Of a DNA stretch of 45,917 nucleotides, positions 16,812 to 25,113 are shown piece by piece. Source of the DNA: an uncultured Mollicutes bacterium (GTDB lineage: Bacteria; Bacillota_I; Bacilli_A; Acholeplasmatales; Anaeroplasmataceae); contig CAMWSQ010000001.1 of assembly GCA_947177025.1 (NCBI GenBank), forward strand, positions 1 to 45,917, read 5' to 3'. The position numbers and the translations under genes are program-made. The notes below the pieces were generated by a model. The model searched no databases. It had not been told where the DNA came from and was given only the letters and a program-made list of their open reading frames with translations. How positions within the stretch are numbered: position 1 is the stretch's first letter; the number at the start of each line of letters is the position of its first letter.

Positions 16812-17070
16812 TATACATGCCACGTTTCTTTAATTCTTCAATAAATTCTAGGATATCATTTAAAACAACATCATAAGCAACATCATATTCTGTAACCATA
16901 GCCTTAGCTATTTCTGAAGAAGTCTTATTATTCTTAAGTTGCTCATAAATATATGCTCCTGTTTCAGAAACATTATACACCTTACTAAAATCTACTCCAC
17001 CATCCAAAAGAGGAATAATCATATATTCTTTTCCTACGTGCTTTAAAATAAAATTTTCATTTAAAGGCAT
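16804..17070 (-). CDS. PqqD-family RiPP recognition element (RRE) protein
   Basis: 88 aa, with the pattern ...YNVSETGAYIYEQLKNNKTSSEIAKAMVTEYDVAYDVVLNDILEFIEELKKRGM, typical of stand-alone PqqD peptide chaperones. The start overlaps the kinase stop by 10 nt. Confidence 0.8.
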   Translation of the reverse strand: MPLNENFILKHVGKEYMIIPLLDGGVDFSKVYNVSETGAYIYEQLKNNKTSSEIAKAMVTEYDVAYDVVLNDILEFIEELKKRGMYND

Positions 17071-17879
17071 AAATCCATCTCCAATCTTGTTTTTAATGTA
17101 GTAACAGCATCAGGATTCATATTGCACCCATATGAATAAATTGGTAGTTCTAAAATTTGATCAACCATTTTATTCCATACATCAACTGAATTCTTTTTGG
17201 GTGGTTCAATTTGTCCTAATAACAATCGCATTGCTTCTCTCACTCCAACTTTAGAAACTTGATTTTCTTTTTCTTGTTTTAAAAAGACAATGCATGTTAA
17301 TGGAGCTGTAATATTTTGGTGAATTTGATGCTTTCCACTCCAAGGATTAGAGTAAAGCATCAATTGACCATCTTCTAAAACAATAATATTTTTATCATCA
17401 TTTAATGAAACTGCATCTGTATAGGTTCTCCAAAGTCTAGCATGCGTACTTTTTCCTGTGCCACTCTTTGCACTAAATAAAATACCTTTAGAATGATAAA
17501 CAACGGAAGCGCCATGAATAAATATTGCATTTTGTTTTTGATTTAAAATATATAATAAAGCATATTGACTCAATAAATATTCTGTAACAAAATCCTTTTG
17601 AATCAAATATAAATCTATTCTTTTTTTGTTATATACAATTCCACCAATAATTCGATCATTACTTTTTTGAAGCTGGATTGTTTTATCATCTATTTCGTAT
17701 ATATCATAGAATTCTGTATGGCGTGTTGGTTCTCCTGTAGGCAAACTAAGCTCTTCAAAATGACTGTGAATCTCATATTCTCCAATCTCATTTGTCTGAT
17801 AGGTTTCAATATTATGAAATTGTTCCTCAAATTTAAAATCAATGTTGATATTAATATGAGCAATTTGAATCGTTAACAT
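17061..17879 (-). CDS. HprK-related (HPr kinase C-terminal domain-like) kinase
   Basis: IHGASVVYHSKGILFSAKSGTGKSTHARLW contains the HprK-type P-loop. This resembles the kinases found in paeninodin-type lasso clusters. Confidence 0.7.
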   Translation of the reverse strand: MLTIQIAHININIDFKFEEQFHNIETYQTNEIGEYEIHSHFEELSLPTGEPTRHTEFYDIYEIDDKTIQLQKSNDRIIGGIVYNKKRIDLYLIQKDFVTEYLLSQYALLYILNQKQNAIFIHGASVVYHSKGILFSAKSGTGKSTHARLWRTYTDAVSLNDDKNIIVLEDGQLMLYSNPWSGKHQIHQNITAPLTCIVFLKQEKENQVSKVGVREAMRLLLGQIEPPKKNSVDVWNKMVDQILELPIYSYGCNMNPDAVTTLKTRLEMDLCL

Positions 17880-17899
17880 ACCATCACCAGCCTTCTATT

Positions 17900-17928
17900 A
17901 TTATACATTGTTTTTAGAATTTAATCAA
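17900..17928 (-). promoter_or_regulatory. Promoter of the five-gene operon
   Basis: Minus strand reads TTGATT (17928..17923), 17 nt, then TATAAT (17905..17900), about 20 nt upstream of the kinase ATG. Confidence 0.6.
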
Positions 17929-18048
17929 TTCTTCTATAGGTATCTTTTTTATTCCTATATTATTCATCCATAAAAATCTTTATGGTTTTTTAAAATTGCC
18001 AAATTTATTTTTGAAAAATCAAATGTAATAAAACTGTAAAGAGACAAT

Positions 18049-18086
18049 AAATACAGCAAAAGAAAGGGACTAGCTGTAGCCAGTCC
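18049..18086 (-). terminator. Terminator after the Fic gene
   Basis: Stem GGACTGGC / GCTAGTCC (7 of 8 bp) with a TACA loop, followed by CTTTCTTTTGCTG on the minus strand. Confidence 0.6.
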
Positions 18087-18125
18087 GCATCTATTAAATT
18101 CTACTTTTCTTGAAAATAGCACTTC

Positions 18126-19361
18126 TTAGTTTAATTCATACTTAATCATGTTTTCATTTAAAATGAAGATTTTTTCTTTTCTAGAATTCAATTTGGATGT
18201 TAATATCTTTAAGTTCAAAAAGTTATTTAATATTTTAAGTGCGCCTTGTTTAGTAATATTCAGATTACAAAATTCTATGAAGCCTTTATAATTGAACCAA
18301 CCTTTTTTCTTATTTACTATTATTCTTTTTAAATAATGTGCTTCAGTACTAGTAATAGATTCTCCACTCAATGCCAAAGTTTCTCGAATCGCTGTAACAT
18401 TTTTATAAATTAAGTAATATTGATTAGAAAGCTTACATAAATATATCAAAAAATATGTTAAATCATTATGAGAATTTCTGGTATCATCTATTGCTTTATA
18501 ATAATTATTTTTATCATCATTAATTGCTTCACTAATATAGGCGGGTAATATTGCAACTTTTTCCATTAATATACTAATCCATAACGAAACCATTCTAGCA
18601 GTTCTACCATTAAAATCCATATAAGGATGAATATATAAAATATAATAATGAGCGATAAATGGTAATAACATAAACTGCATTGGGTTATCATTTAAATGAT
18701 TATTTACATAATCAAATAAGGAGTTCATACATTCATCAATTTTATCAACATCGCAACCATCATGCCCACCGATTACAACCATTGCTTCTCTATAGTATCC
18801 TTTTAATTCATCTTCTTTTTTTAAAGAATTATAGCTTAAAAGTTTATATAACTTCAATAAATTTTCCTTATCAAACTTTGGTTTGGAAGAAATGAATTTA
18901 TACCCCTGAAACATATTAAAAATAATTTGTTCGTTGGTATCTTTTACTTTTTCAGACTCCATTATTTCTAATATCTTTTTTCTGGTAGTATTAACACCTT
19001 CTATTTCTAAACTACCCTCCAATTCAGAAGAAAGTCTCGACAATATCATTTCATTATAGTTTTCTGATACTATTGTACTATTCTTAATTTGTAAATCATT
19101 TAAAAAGAAATCAGTATAATCTCTTACTGAATATAATAATTCTAACGCTTGATAATAAAATATTTTTTTAGAATTAAATGACTTCAAGGGCAAATCACAT
19201 TTATACTCTGACAAATAATCCTCTTTAAATCTCAAATACTCATTTAACTCTGAATTGGTTAAAAGAAAATCATATTTCTTATTCATTCTTATATCTTCGT
19301 TAGTATAATAATGATTGCCACCTAATGCTGAAAGAATAATATCTTCGTATTTTGAACCCAT
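18126..19361 (-). CDS. Fic/DOC-family protein
   Basis: Fic motif HPYMDFNGRTAR and an N-terminal inhibitory-type motif SLEIEG ([ST]xxxE[GN]). The promoter at 19384..19412 places the start at ATG 19361 (MGSKYED) or 19373, not at the track start of 19442. Confidence 0.85.
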   Translation of the reverse strand: MGSKYEDIILSALGGNHYYTNEDIRMNKKYDFLLTNSELNEYLRFKEDYLSEYKCDLPLKSFNSKKIFYYQALELLYSVRDYTDFFLNDLQIKNSTIVSENYNEMILSRLSSELEGSLEIEGVNTTRKKILEIMESEKVKDTNEQIIFNMFQGYKFISSKPKFDKENLLKLYKLLSYNSLKKEDELKGYYREAMVVIGGHDGCDVDKIDECMNSLFDYVNNHLNDNPMQFMLLPFIAHYYILYIHPYMDFNGRTARMVSLWISILMEKVAILPAYISEAINDDKNNYYKAIDDTRNSHNDLTYFLIYLCKLSNQYYLIYKNVTAIRETLALSGESITSTEAHYLKRIIVNKKKGWFNYKGFIEFCNLNITKQGALKILNNFLNLKILTSKLNSRKEKIFILNENMIKYELN

Positions 19362-19383
19362 ACTATCATCCATCCTTTGATTC

Positions 19384-19412
19384 ATTATAAACCTAATCGT
19401 AAACCTTGTCAA
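19384..19412 (-). promoter_or_regulatory. Fic promoter with flanking GGTTTACGAT direct repeats
   Basis: Minus strand reads TTGACA (19412..19407), 17 nt, then TATAAT (19389..19384). GGTTTACGAT occurs once inside the spacer (forward atcgtaaacc 19394..19403) and once upstream (19431..19440). Confidence 0.65.
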
Positions 19413-19460
19413 GGAATTGTTGTAAACTTTATCGTAAACCAATTATAACCTGCAAAATTA

Positions 19461-19498
19461 AATAAACAAAAAATTGTCACAACGCATTGCGACAATTT
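19461..19498 (-). terminator. Terminator after the lipoprotein/MscS unit
   Basis: Imperfect hairpin AAATTGTCGCAATGCGTTGTGACAATTT, followed by TTTTTTGTTTATTT on the minus strand. Confidence 0.55.
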
Positions 19499-19505
19499 AA
19501 ATATT

Positions 19506-20453
19506 TCAGTCTTGAAATTCTTTATAGGTTTCTTTTTCTGCATCATCTAATTCTTTTATTGAATAGTTTCCATACTCAAGTTGAATTAAAATAGAAAACT
19601 TAGGATTTTGAATTTGCACATTATCAGTCAAATAACTTTCTATATATTGATCTTTTAATAGCTTAGAAATTACTTCATCAGCAGTCATTTCAATTTGAAC
19701 AGGTAATAACGTATCGCAACTGATTTCCACATCAAAATCAATCCTTTCACCTAAACTTAAATTTCCAATTAAATCTTGAGTTGGAATATGGAATTGAAGT
19801 GTAAAAGTATTCTTTGTTGTTTTTATAATTGAAATCTGATATGTTTCAATTAAGTTTTCTATGTCTGGAATTAGATCAATCGGATTATAATATTTCATCA
19901 GTTCAATTGATGCCTGAATCATAGATTTGTATTGGTTTGAAAAATCTTCTATGCTGACTTTGTTTTTCACAACAACACGTGTATCTCCCGTCTGAACATC
20001 TCCCTTTAAATAAGCAAATTGATCATCATTCACAAACTCTAGTGAAAAATGATTCAGTGTCTTAAAAGAAAGACTTGGAGAATCTGTATTGGTATTTCCA
20101 GACAAATTAAAAGTTCCATTCATTCTATAACTTTTCAAATTAGCCTGTGCTTTGACTTCTAAATCATAATTTAAATCAATCGTTGAGGTTTCATCCTTGG
20201 TTATAATTACTTTTCCACCGATTGCAGATGACAAAGCAATTGATACTCCAGTATAATTTGAATCTGGCTGAGCTTGATGTAGTTTTTGAAAAACCTCTTT
20301 TACTTCTTCAATATCTTCTGTCTTATTTATTTTATATGTAATTTCCTCGTTAGCCTCATTCAATATTGTAATTTCTGCAGGTGCTTCTTTTGATGCACAA
20401 CCAGCAAATAGAACACTTATTAGAATGAGAAAGATAAAGCTTATTTTTTTCAT
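19506..20453 (-). CDS. Lipoprotein of unknown function
   Basis: Signal peptide MKKISFIFLILISVLFAGC with lipobox LFAGC. No catalytic motifs were recognised. Confidence 0.8.
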   Translation of the reverse strand: MKKISFIFLILISVLFAGCASKEAPAEITILNEANEEITYKINKTEDIEEVKEVFQKLHQAQPDSNYTGVSIALSSAIGGKVIITKDETSTIDLNYDLEVKAQANLKSYRMNGTFNLSGNTNTDSPSLSFKTLNHFSLEFVNDDQFAYLKGDVQTGDTRVVVKNKVSIEDFSNQYKSMIQASIELMKYYNPIDLIPDIENLIETYQISIIKTTKNTFTLQFHIPTQDLIGNLSLGERIDFDVEISCDTLLPVQIEMTADEVISKLLKDQYIESYLTDNVQIQNPKFSILIQLEYGNYSIKELDDAEKETYKEFQD

Positions 20454-20455
20454 AC

Positions 20456-21304
20456 TTATTCCTTTGTTTTAATAGCAACTTCCAATTGATTAAATGGTAT
20501 TTCAATTCCATTTTCATCAAATGCTTTTTTAATTTCAACTAATAAATAATTGTTTATTGTCCAATAATCTCCATTATTACACCAAACACGGATATTTAAA
20601 TCTACACTAGAACTAGAATATTCTCTAATGCCTACAAACGGAGCTGGGTCTGTAAAGATTAAGGCATTTTGTTTACAAACATTTTGAATAACTTCTGTAG
20701 CCTTATTCAAATCAGCACTATAGGCTATAGACATTACAACCTCTACTCTTCTTGTATCCTTTGTTGATGTATTCACAATAACGTTGTTTGCTAGGGTGCC
20801 ATTAGGAACATGCACAACCTTGTTATCTGCAGTCACTAAAACCGTATAGAACATATGTATATCCTCTACTGTTCCTGTCTCTCCATTTGTTGTTATTTTA
20901 TCTCCAATGCGGAAAGGTCTCATTAAAATAATGATAATACCTCCAGCAAAATTAGATAAAGACCCTTGCAATGCTAAACCTACGGATACTCCAGCAGAAG
21001 CAATCAACGCTGTAATAGATGCAGTTTCTATGCCGATATATCCGATGAAACAAATTAAGCATACAACCTTAATTACAATTCGGATAACTTGTGTTCCTAC
21101 TCTTGATAAAGTTTCATCTGCTTGTTTTTTTTGAAGTCTTTTATATAATTTTTTAGTCAAGATATTCGTGATTTTAAAAACAATAAATAATAGAATTAAT
21201 CCAATAATCAATCGAATCCCTGTTGTGGTACACCAATTCAAAATCGTATTCCATAAGGCATTCCAATCAATATTTGTTTCTCCTTCTAAAAAAGACAAAA
21301 ACAT
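20456..21304 (-). CDS. Small-conductance mechanosensitive channel (MscS family)
   Basis: Three TM helices followed by PFRIGDKITTNGETGTVEDI...VHVPNGTLANNVIVN, the MscS beta-domain signature. Confidence 0.9.
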   Translation of the reverse strand: MFLSFLEGETNIDWNALWNTILNWCTTTGIRLIIGLILLFIVFKITNILTKKLYKRLQKKQADETLSRVGTQVIRIVIKVVCLICFIGYIGIETASITALIASAGVSVGLALQGSLSNFAGGIIIILMRPFRIGDKITTNGETGTVEDIHMFYTVLVTADNKVVHVPNGTLANNVIVNTSTKDTRRVEVVMSIAYSADLNKATEVIQNVCKQNALIFTDPAPFVGIREYSSSSVDLNIRVWCNNGDYWTINNYLLVEIKKAFDENGIEIPFNQLEVAIKTKE

Positions 21305-21462
21305 AATTTCTACTTCCTTTACTATAATTTCACATAATACTTCTGTTTTTCATAGACAATTTTAAAGTATACTAAAAGTGTCAAAAAAGACAGAAAGGAG
21401 CCATAACATATAGTTTAGACAACAACCAATTTACTCTCCCCTTTTTATAAATGTTGTCAACT

Positions 21463-21480
21463 GCTCTAGGAAACTAGAGC
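21463..21480. terminator. GAAA-tetraloop hairpin abutting the serS stop; orientation ambiguous
   Basis: GCTCTAG-GAAA-CTAGAGC. The T-run (TTTTTATTTT) is on the plus-strand side, whereas serS is on the minus strand. Confidence 0.4.
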
Positions 21481-21483
21481 TTT

Positions 21484-22770
21484 TTATTTTACTGGAATGA
21501 GTTTCTTCTTGCCGCCCATATAAGGCTGTAATGCCTTAGGTACATTTACGCTGCCGTCTGCATTATAATTATTTTCTAATACTGCAATTAACCCACGAGG
21601 TGTAGCAAGTACAGTGTTATTTAAAGTATGAACTAAATAAGTTCCGTTATCATTCTTTGTACGAATACCAAGACGTCTTGCTTGGGCATCACCTAATGTA
21701 GAACAAGATCCAACCTCGAAATATTTTTGCTGTCTTGGACTCCAAGCCTCAACATCACAGGATTTTACCTTTAAATCTGCCAAATCTCCTGTACAGCATT
21801 CTAATGTACGAACAGGAACATCTAGACTTCTAAAGAATTCAACAGTATAGCTCCACATTTTGTGATACCATTCCATACTTTCTTCTGGCTTACATAAAAC
21901 AATCATTTCTTGTTTTTCAAATTGATGCACACGATAGATTCCTCTTTCCTCAATACCATGAGCTCCAACCTCTTTTCTAAAGCATGGAGAATAGGAAGTT
22001 AAAGTAATAGGCAATTCTGCTTCCTTAACAATTTGACCTTTAAAACGACCAATCATAGAATGCTCTGATGTACCAATCAAATATAAGTCTTCTCCTTCAA
22101 TTTTGTACATCATATTTTCCATTTCAGCAAAGCTCATTACACCCTTTACAACATCAGAACGAATCATAAATGGGGGAATACAATATGTGAATCCTTTATC
22201 AATCATAAAATCTCTAGCATAGCTTAGCATTGCAGAATGAAGTCTAGCAATATCTCCAACAAGATAATAAAATCCATTTCCACTGGTTCTGCCTGATGCA
22301 TCCTTATCTAATCCATTAAATCTAGAAATGATATCTGCATGATAAGGAATCTCATAGTCAGGAACTACAGGATCTCCAAATTTTTCAATTTCAACATTTT
22401 CAGAATCATCTTTTCCAACAGGAACACTAGAATCTACAATTTGAGGTATGACTAACATAATCTCATTTAATTTGCCTTGTAGTTCCTCCAATAATGGATC
22501 GATTTCAGCAATTCTTTTATTATTGTTAGAAACTGTTTCCTTAATGGCATTCGCCTTATCTATTTCCTTATTTTTCATAAGAAAACCAATTTGCTTACTA
22601 AGTTCATTTCTAGAAGCTCTTAAGGTTTCTCCTTCTAGCTTTAAGCTACGAATTTGCTTGTCCAATGCAATGACTTCATCTACAAGCGGAAGCTTTGCCT
22701 CTTGAAATTTCTTTTTAATGTTCTCCTTTACAAGCTCTGGATTTTCTCTAATAAATTTAATATCTAACAT
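21484..22770 (-). CDS. serS: Seryl-tRNA synthetase
   Basis: MLDIKFIRENPELVKENIKKK coiled-coil arm plus class II core motifs (FRKE, TLNNT/GSGLA-type region). 428 aa. Confidence 0.95.
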   Translation of the reverse strand: MLDIKFIRENPELVKENIKKKFQEAKLPLVDEVIALDKQIRSLKLEGETLRASRNELSKQIGFLMKNKEIDKANAIKETVSNNNKRIAEIDPLLEELQGKLNEIMLVIPQIVDSSVPVGKDDSENVEIEKFGDPVVPDYEIPYHADIISRFNGLDKDASGRTSGNGFYYLVGDIARLHSAMLSYARDFMIDKGFTYCIPPFMIRSDVVKGVMSFAEMENMMYKIEGEDLYLIGTSEHSMIGRFKGQIVKEAELPITLTSYSPCFRKEVGAHGIEERGIYRVHQFEKQEMIVLCKPEESMEWYHKMWSYTVEFFRSLDVPVRTLECCTGDLADLKVKSCDVEAWSPRQQKYFEVGSCSTLGDAQARRLGIRTKNDNGTYLVHTLNNTVLATPRGLIAVLENNYNADGSVNVPKALQPYMGGKKKLIPVK

Positions 22771-23009
22771 ATTCCTTCTCCTTTTTTCTTTAAAAATAAA
22801 AATCCTTAAGTTAAAAATAACCTAAGGACGATTGTTCACCGTGGTGCCACCTTAATTCTAGTATAACACTAGCACTTAAATTCTTTAACGCAGAAATACG
22901 ATTCTTATCCAAGGTAGATTCGCTTTATAATCGGTTAACTAGTTTTCACCCAACACTAGCTCTCTTATATAACCTAATCATAACCTACTTGTCCTCTTCA
23001 TCTAAGATT
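22771..23009 (-). promoter_or_regulatory. T-box riboswitch leader of serS; serine specifier UCU proposed
   Basis: The minus strand contains the AGAGA box, GGTGAAA, and the T-box sequence AATTAAGGTGGCACCACGG (22839..22858). A terminator TCCTTAGG...CTTAAGGA plus TTTTTATTTTT follows. GAA-UCU-A at 22916..22918 fits a Ser specifier followed by a purine. Confidence 0.85.
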
Positions 23010-23015
23010 AATGCA

Positions 23016-23044
23016 ATTATAACATTATAACCATTAATTTTCAA
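23016..23044 (-). promoter_or_regulatory. Promoter driving the serS T-box leader
   Basis: Minus strand reads TTGAAA (23044..23039), 17 nt, then TATAAT (23021..23016). Confidence 0.55.
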
Positions 23045-23048
23045 TAAA

Positions 23049-23300
23049 TTATTGAACAATTATTTCTTCTGGTGTTACTTGTTCTACAACTTCGTTTGCA
23101 CGAATTTCGCTTCTAATCCAAAAAAACGAAATACATCCTCCAGCAATAAATATGACAAATACAATAATAAACGTTACATACCATAGTTGCCATGCAGAAT
23201 AAGACCATATTCCATATACCAATGAAGCTAATGCTGTATAAATCACCGATAAACAAATATTAAAATAATAATCTTTTATGTATTGTAGTACCATTTTCAT
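23049..23300 (-). CDS. Small two-TM membrane protein, hypothetical
   Basis: ORF with two hydrophobic helices. The RBS is weak and no motifs were recognised. Confidence 0.4.
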   Translation of the reverse strand: MKMVLQYIKDYYFNICLSVIYTALASLVYGIWSYSAWQLWYVTFIIVFVIFIAGGCISFFWIRSEIRANEVVEQVTPEEIIVQ

Positions 23301-23385
23301 CACCTATACCATTATATCACAATTCTTACATTAGCCAAATGTTTTTTATTGGAAAATACATTATTTTCTTTAGTATATACTCTAT

Positions 23386-24960
23386 TTAAAATTTTCTCCT
23401 CGAAAAAATCCCAGAGAAAATAGATTTTAAAACACCTCTACGACAAGAAAAATATTTCTTTCCGGCCAAGTATAAATCTTCAACCTTTGTTTCCTTTATC
23501 TTAGAAGAATCTATTGCATAAATATTTTGTGATAAAACAGCCATATCTGCTACCTTACCTACTTCTAGACTCCCTCTTTTATCTTCATCAAATGTTGCAT
23601 AATATCCATTATAAGTACACATTCTTAATGCATCTTGAATAGAAATTCTTTCTTCTGGAATATCGTGATGAACTGCCTTATCCATCCAAACAATAGGATT
23701 TGGGCTTGTGCATGGAGCATCAGATCCAAAAGCAACCTTGATTCCTCTATCCATAAAACTCTTGATTGGATTTAATTGATTTAAACGAGCTTCTCCCATA
23801 ATAGATTCCAAGTATTCATTGGGTTCTTGTTTCCAGCTAATAAAAGCACTTTGCATTAAAAGCTGTATATTGTATTTTTCACAAATTGCCATACCCGCCT
23901 TTGTAGGTAAGCAGGCATGAATAATCCCATGTCTATGATTTTCTCTAGGAAAATCCTCTAAAGCTGCCTGTAAGGCTCTCGTTGCCTGATCAAAGGCTTT
24001 ATCTCCAATTGCATGCATTTCAATTTGGAGTCCTAAGCGATTGGCTCTTTTACAAAACTCAATCACCTTTTCATCTGAATAATAAAGTACACCATCTCCA
24101 CCTTCTAAATCTACATAAGGCTCATTTAAGGAGGCATCATGTGAGCCAAAGCAACCATCTAGTGCACATTCAAAGCATCCACCAACACGAGGAAGCTTCC
24201 TTTTTGTTGCCACCTTCACATTCATAGATTGTGGAAAAACACGAAGCTGAAATCCATTCTTTAAGGATTTTGCAAAAATCTTTTCAAAGGTAATGTCAAG
24301 GTTAGCAACAAATCCAACACCACTCACACTATGAATCATGCCAATTCCTTGTTTGGCATGAAAATCAACACAATTCTGCATATTTTTAAATAGTTCTAAA
24401 ATCGATAAAGATCCCGTAATATAATCAGAAACAGCGAAGAAAGCTTCTTGATTCATTTCTCCTGTATCTGGATGATACCCTCTTAATTTACTTAATTTTT
24501 TATTTAACTTATGTAAAAGCTTAGAATTCACAATACATGCATGTCCATCATATTTCACTACCATAAGCTCCTTATTTGGACATACTTGATCCAATTCTTC
24601 TCTGCTAACCAATCGGTGTTCTACAACAGAATATGGAGAAGCTCCAAAGCATATTAACACCTTATTTTTAGATTGCTTTACAAAATCTGCAATCATTTGC
24701 AAAATCTCAACATTTGATTCTGCCTCCATCACATTCAATCCGGCATTAAATGTAGATAAGGATGCAAAATGCTGGTGAGTATCCACAAATGCAGGAATAA
24801 GTGCCTTATCTCCCAATTCAATCCTCTCTATATTTTGATATTGCTCAGGCAATGAATTTCCTACATATTCAATATATCCATTATGTTCAACCAAGTATCG
24901 AAATACATCATTATTTTTATTAACTGTTAAAATATTACCAACAAAGCATTTCATTTTCAT
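23386..24960 (-). CDS. Metal-dependent amidohydrolase (Amidohydro_3 / YtcJ-like)
   Basis: FVDTHQHF HxH metal motif, a later HAIGD motif and a C-terminal GSDAP motif. 524 aa. Confidence 0.85.
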   Translation of the reverse strand: MKMKCFVGNILTVNKNNDVFRYLVEHNGYIEYVGNSLPEQYQNIERIELGDKALIPAFVDTHQHFASLSTFNAGLNVMEAESNVEILQMIADFVKQSKNKVLICFGASPYSVVEHRLVSREELDQVCPNKELMVVKYDGHACIVNSKLLHKLNKKLSKLRGYHPDTGEMNQEAFFAVSDYITGSLSILELFKNMQNCVDFHAKQGIGMIHSVSGVGFVANLDITFEKIFAKSLKNGFQLRVFPQSMNVKVATKRKLPRVGGCFECALDGCFGSHDASLNEPYVDLEGGDGVLYYSDEKVIEFCKRANRLGLQIEMHAIGDKAFDQATRALQAALEDFPRENHRHGIIHACLPTKAGMAICEKYNIQLLMQSAFISWKQEPNEYLESIMGEARLNQLNPIKSFMDRGIKVAFGSDAPCTSPNPIVWMDKAVHHDIPEERISIQDALRMCTYNGYYATFDEDKRGSLEVGKVADMAVLSQNIYAIDSSKIKETKVEDLYLAGKKYFSCRRGVLKSIFSGIFSRRKF

Positions 24961-25016
24961 CGCTCCTTTTGTTTATTTTAATATAAATCTGTTCACTTTT
25001 CAATGATTATTTGGCA

Positions 25017-25030
25017 AATTTGAACAAATT
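25017..25030. promoter_or_regulatory. 14-bp inverted repeat AATTTGAACAAATT, a candidate operator shared with 33143..33178
   Basis: TTTG-AA-CAAA core with flanking A/T symmetry. It lies about 60 nt upstream of a TATAAT (25075..25080) that has a poor -35 box. Confidence 0.35.
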
Positions 25031-25113
25031 CGAGATTTTGAGGGGCGAATGTAGTAAAATGGTGTATTTTGGTGTATAATTTATAATGATCAAATTAGAC
25101 AAGGAGAAAATAT

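Noticed and set aside
13719-17879. Calling this operon a lasso-peptide biosynthetic gene cluster
   Set aside because: The defining enzymes are absent from the operon and from the whole window: there is no Asn-synthetase-like cyclase and no transglutaminase-like B2 protease. The candidate peptide has no Asp or Glu at core positions 7-9 and no Thr at leader position -2.
17880-18125. Search for a precursor-peptide ORF immediately upstream of the kinase gene
   Set aside because: Both strands give only ORFs of 3-7 codons. The region is accounted for by the Fic terminator hairpin and the operon promoter.
18126-19442. Fic protein as half of a toxin-antitoxin or defence pair
   Set aside because: There is no small partner gene on either side. 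The gene is bracketed by its own promoter and terminator and carries an intramolecular inhibitory motif.
20356-20538. 60-aa minus-strand ORF spanning the MscS/lipoprotein junction
   Set aside because: It is out of frame and overlaps two well-supported genes.
21463-21480. Hairpin treated as a canonical serS terminator
   Set aside because: The stem-loop is clear, but the U-tract is on the opposite strand to serS. It is kept only as a low-confidence, orientation-ambiguous feature.
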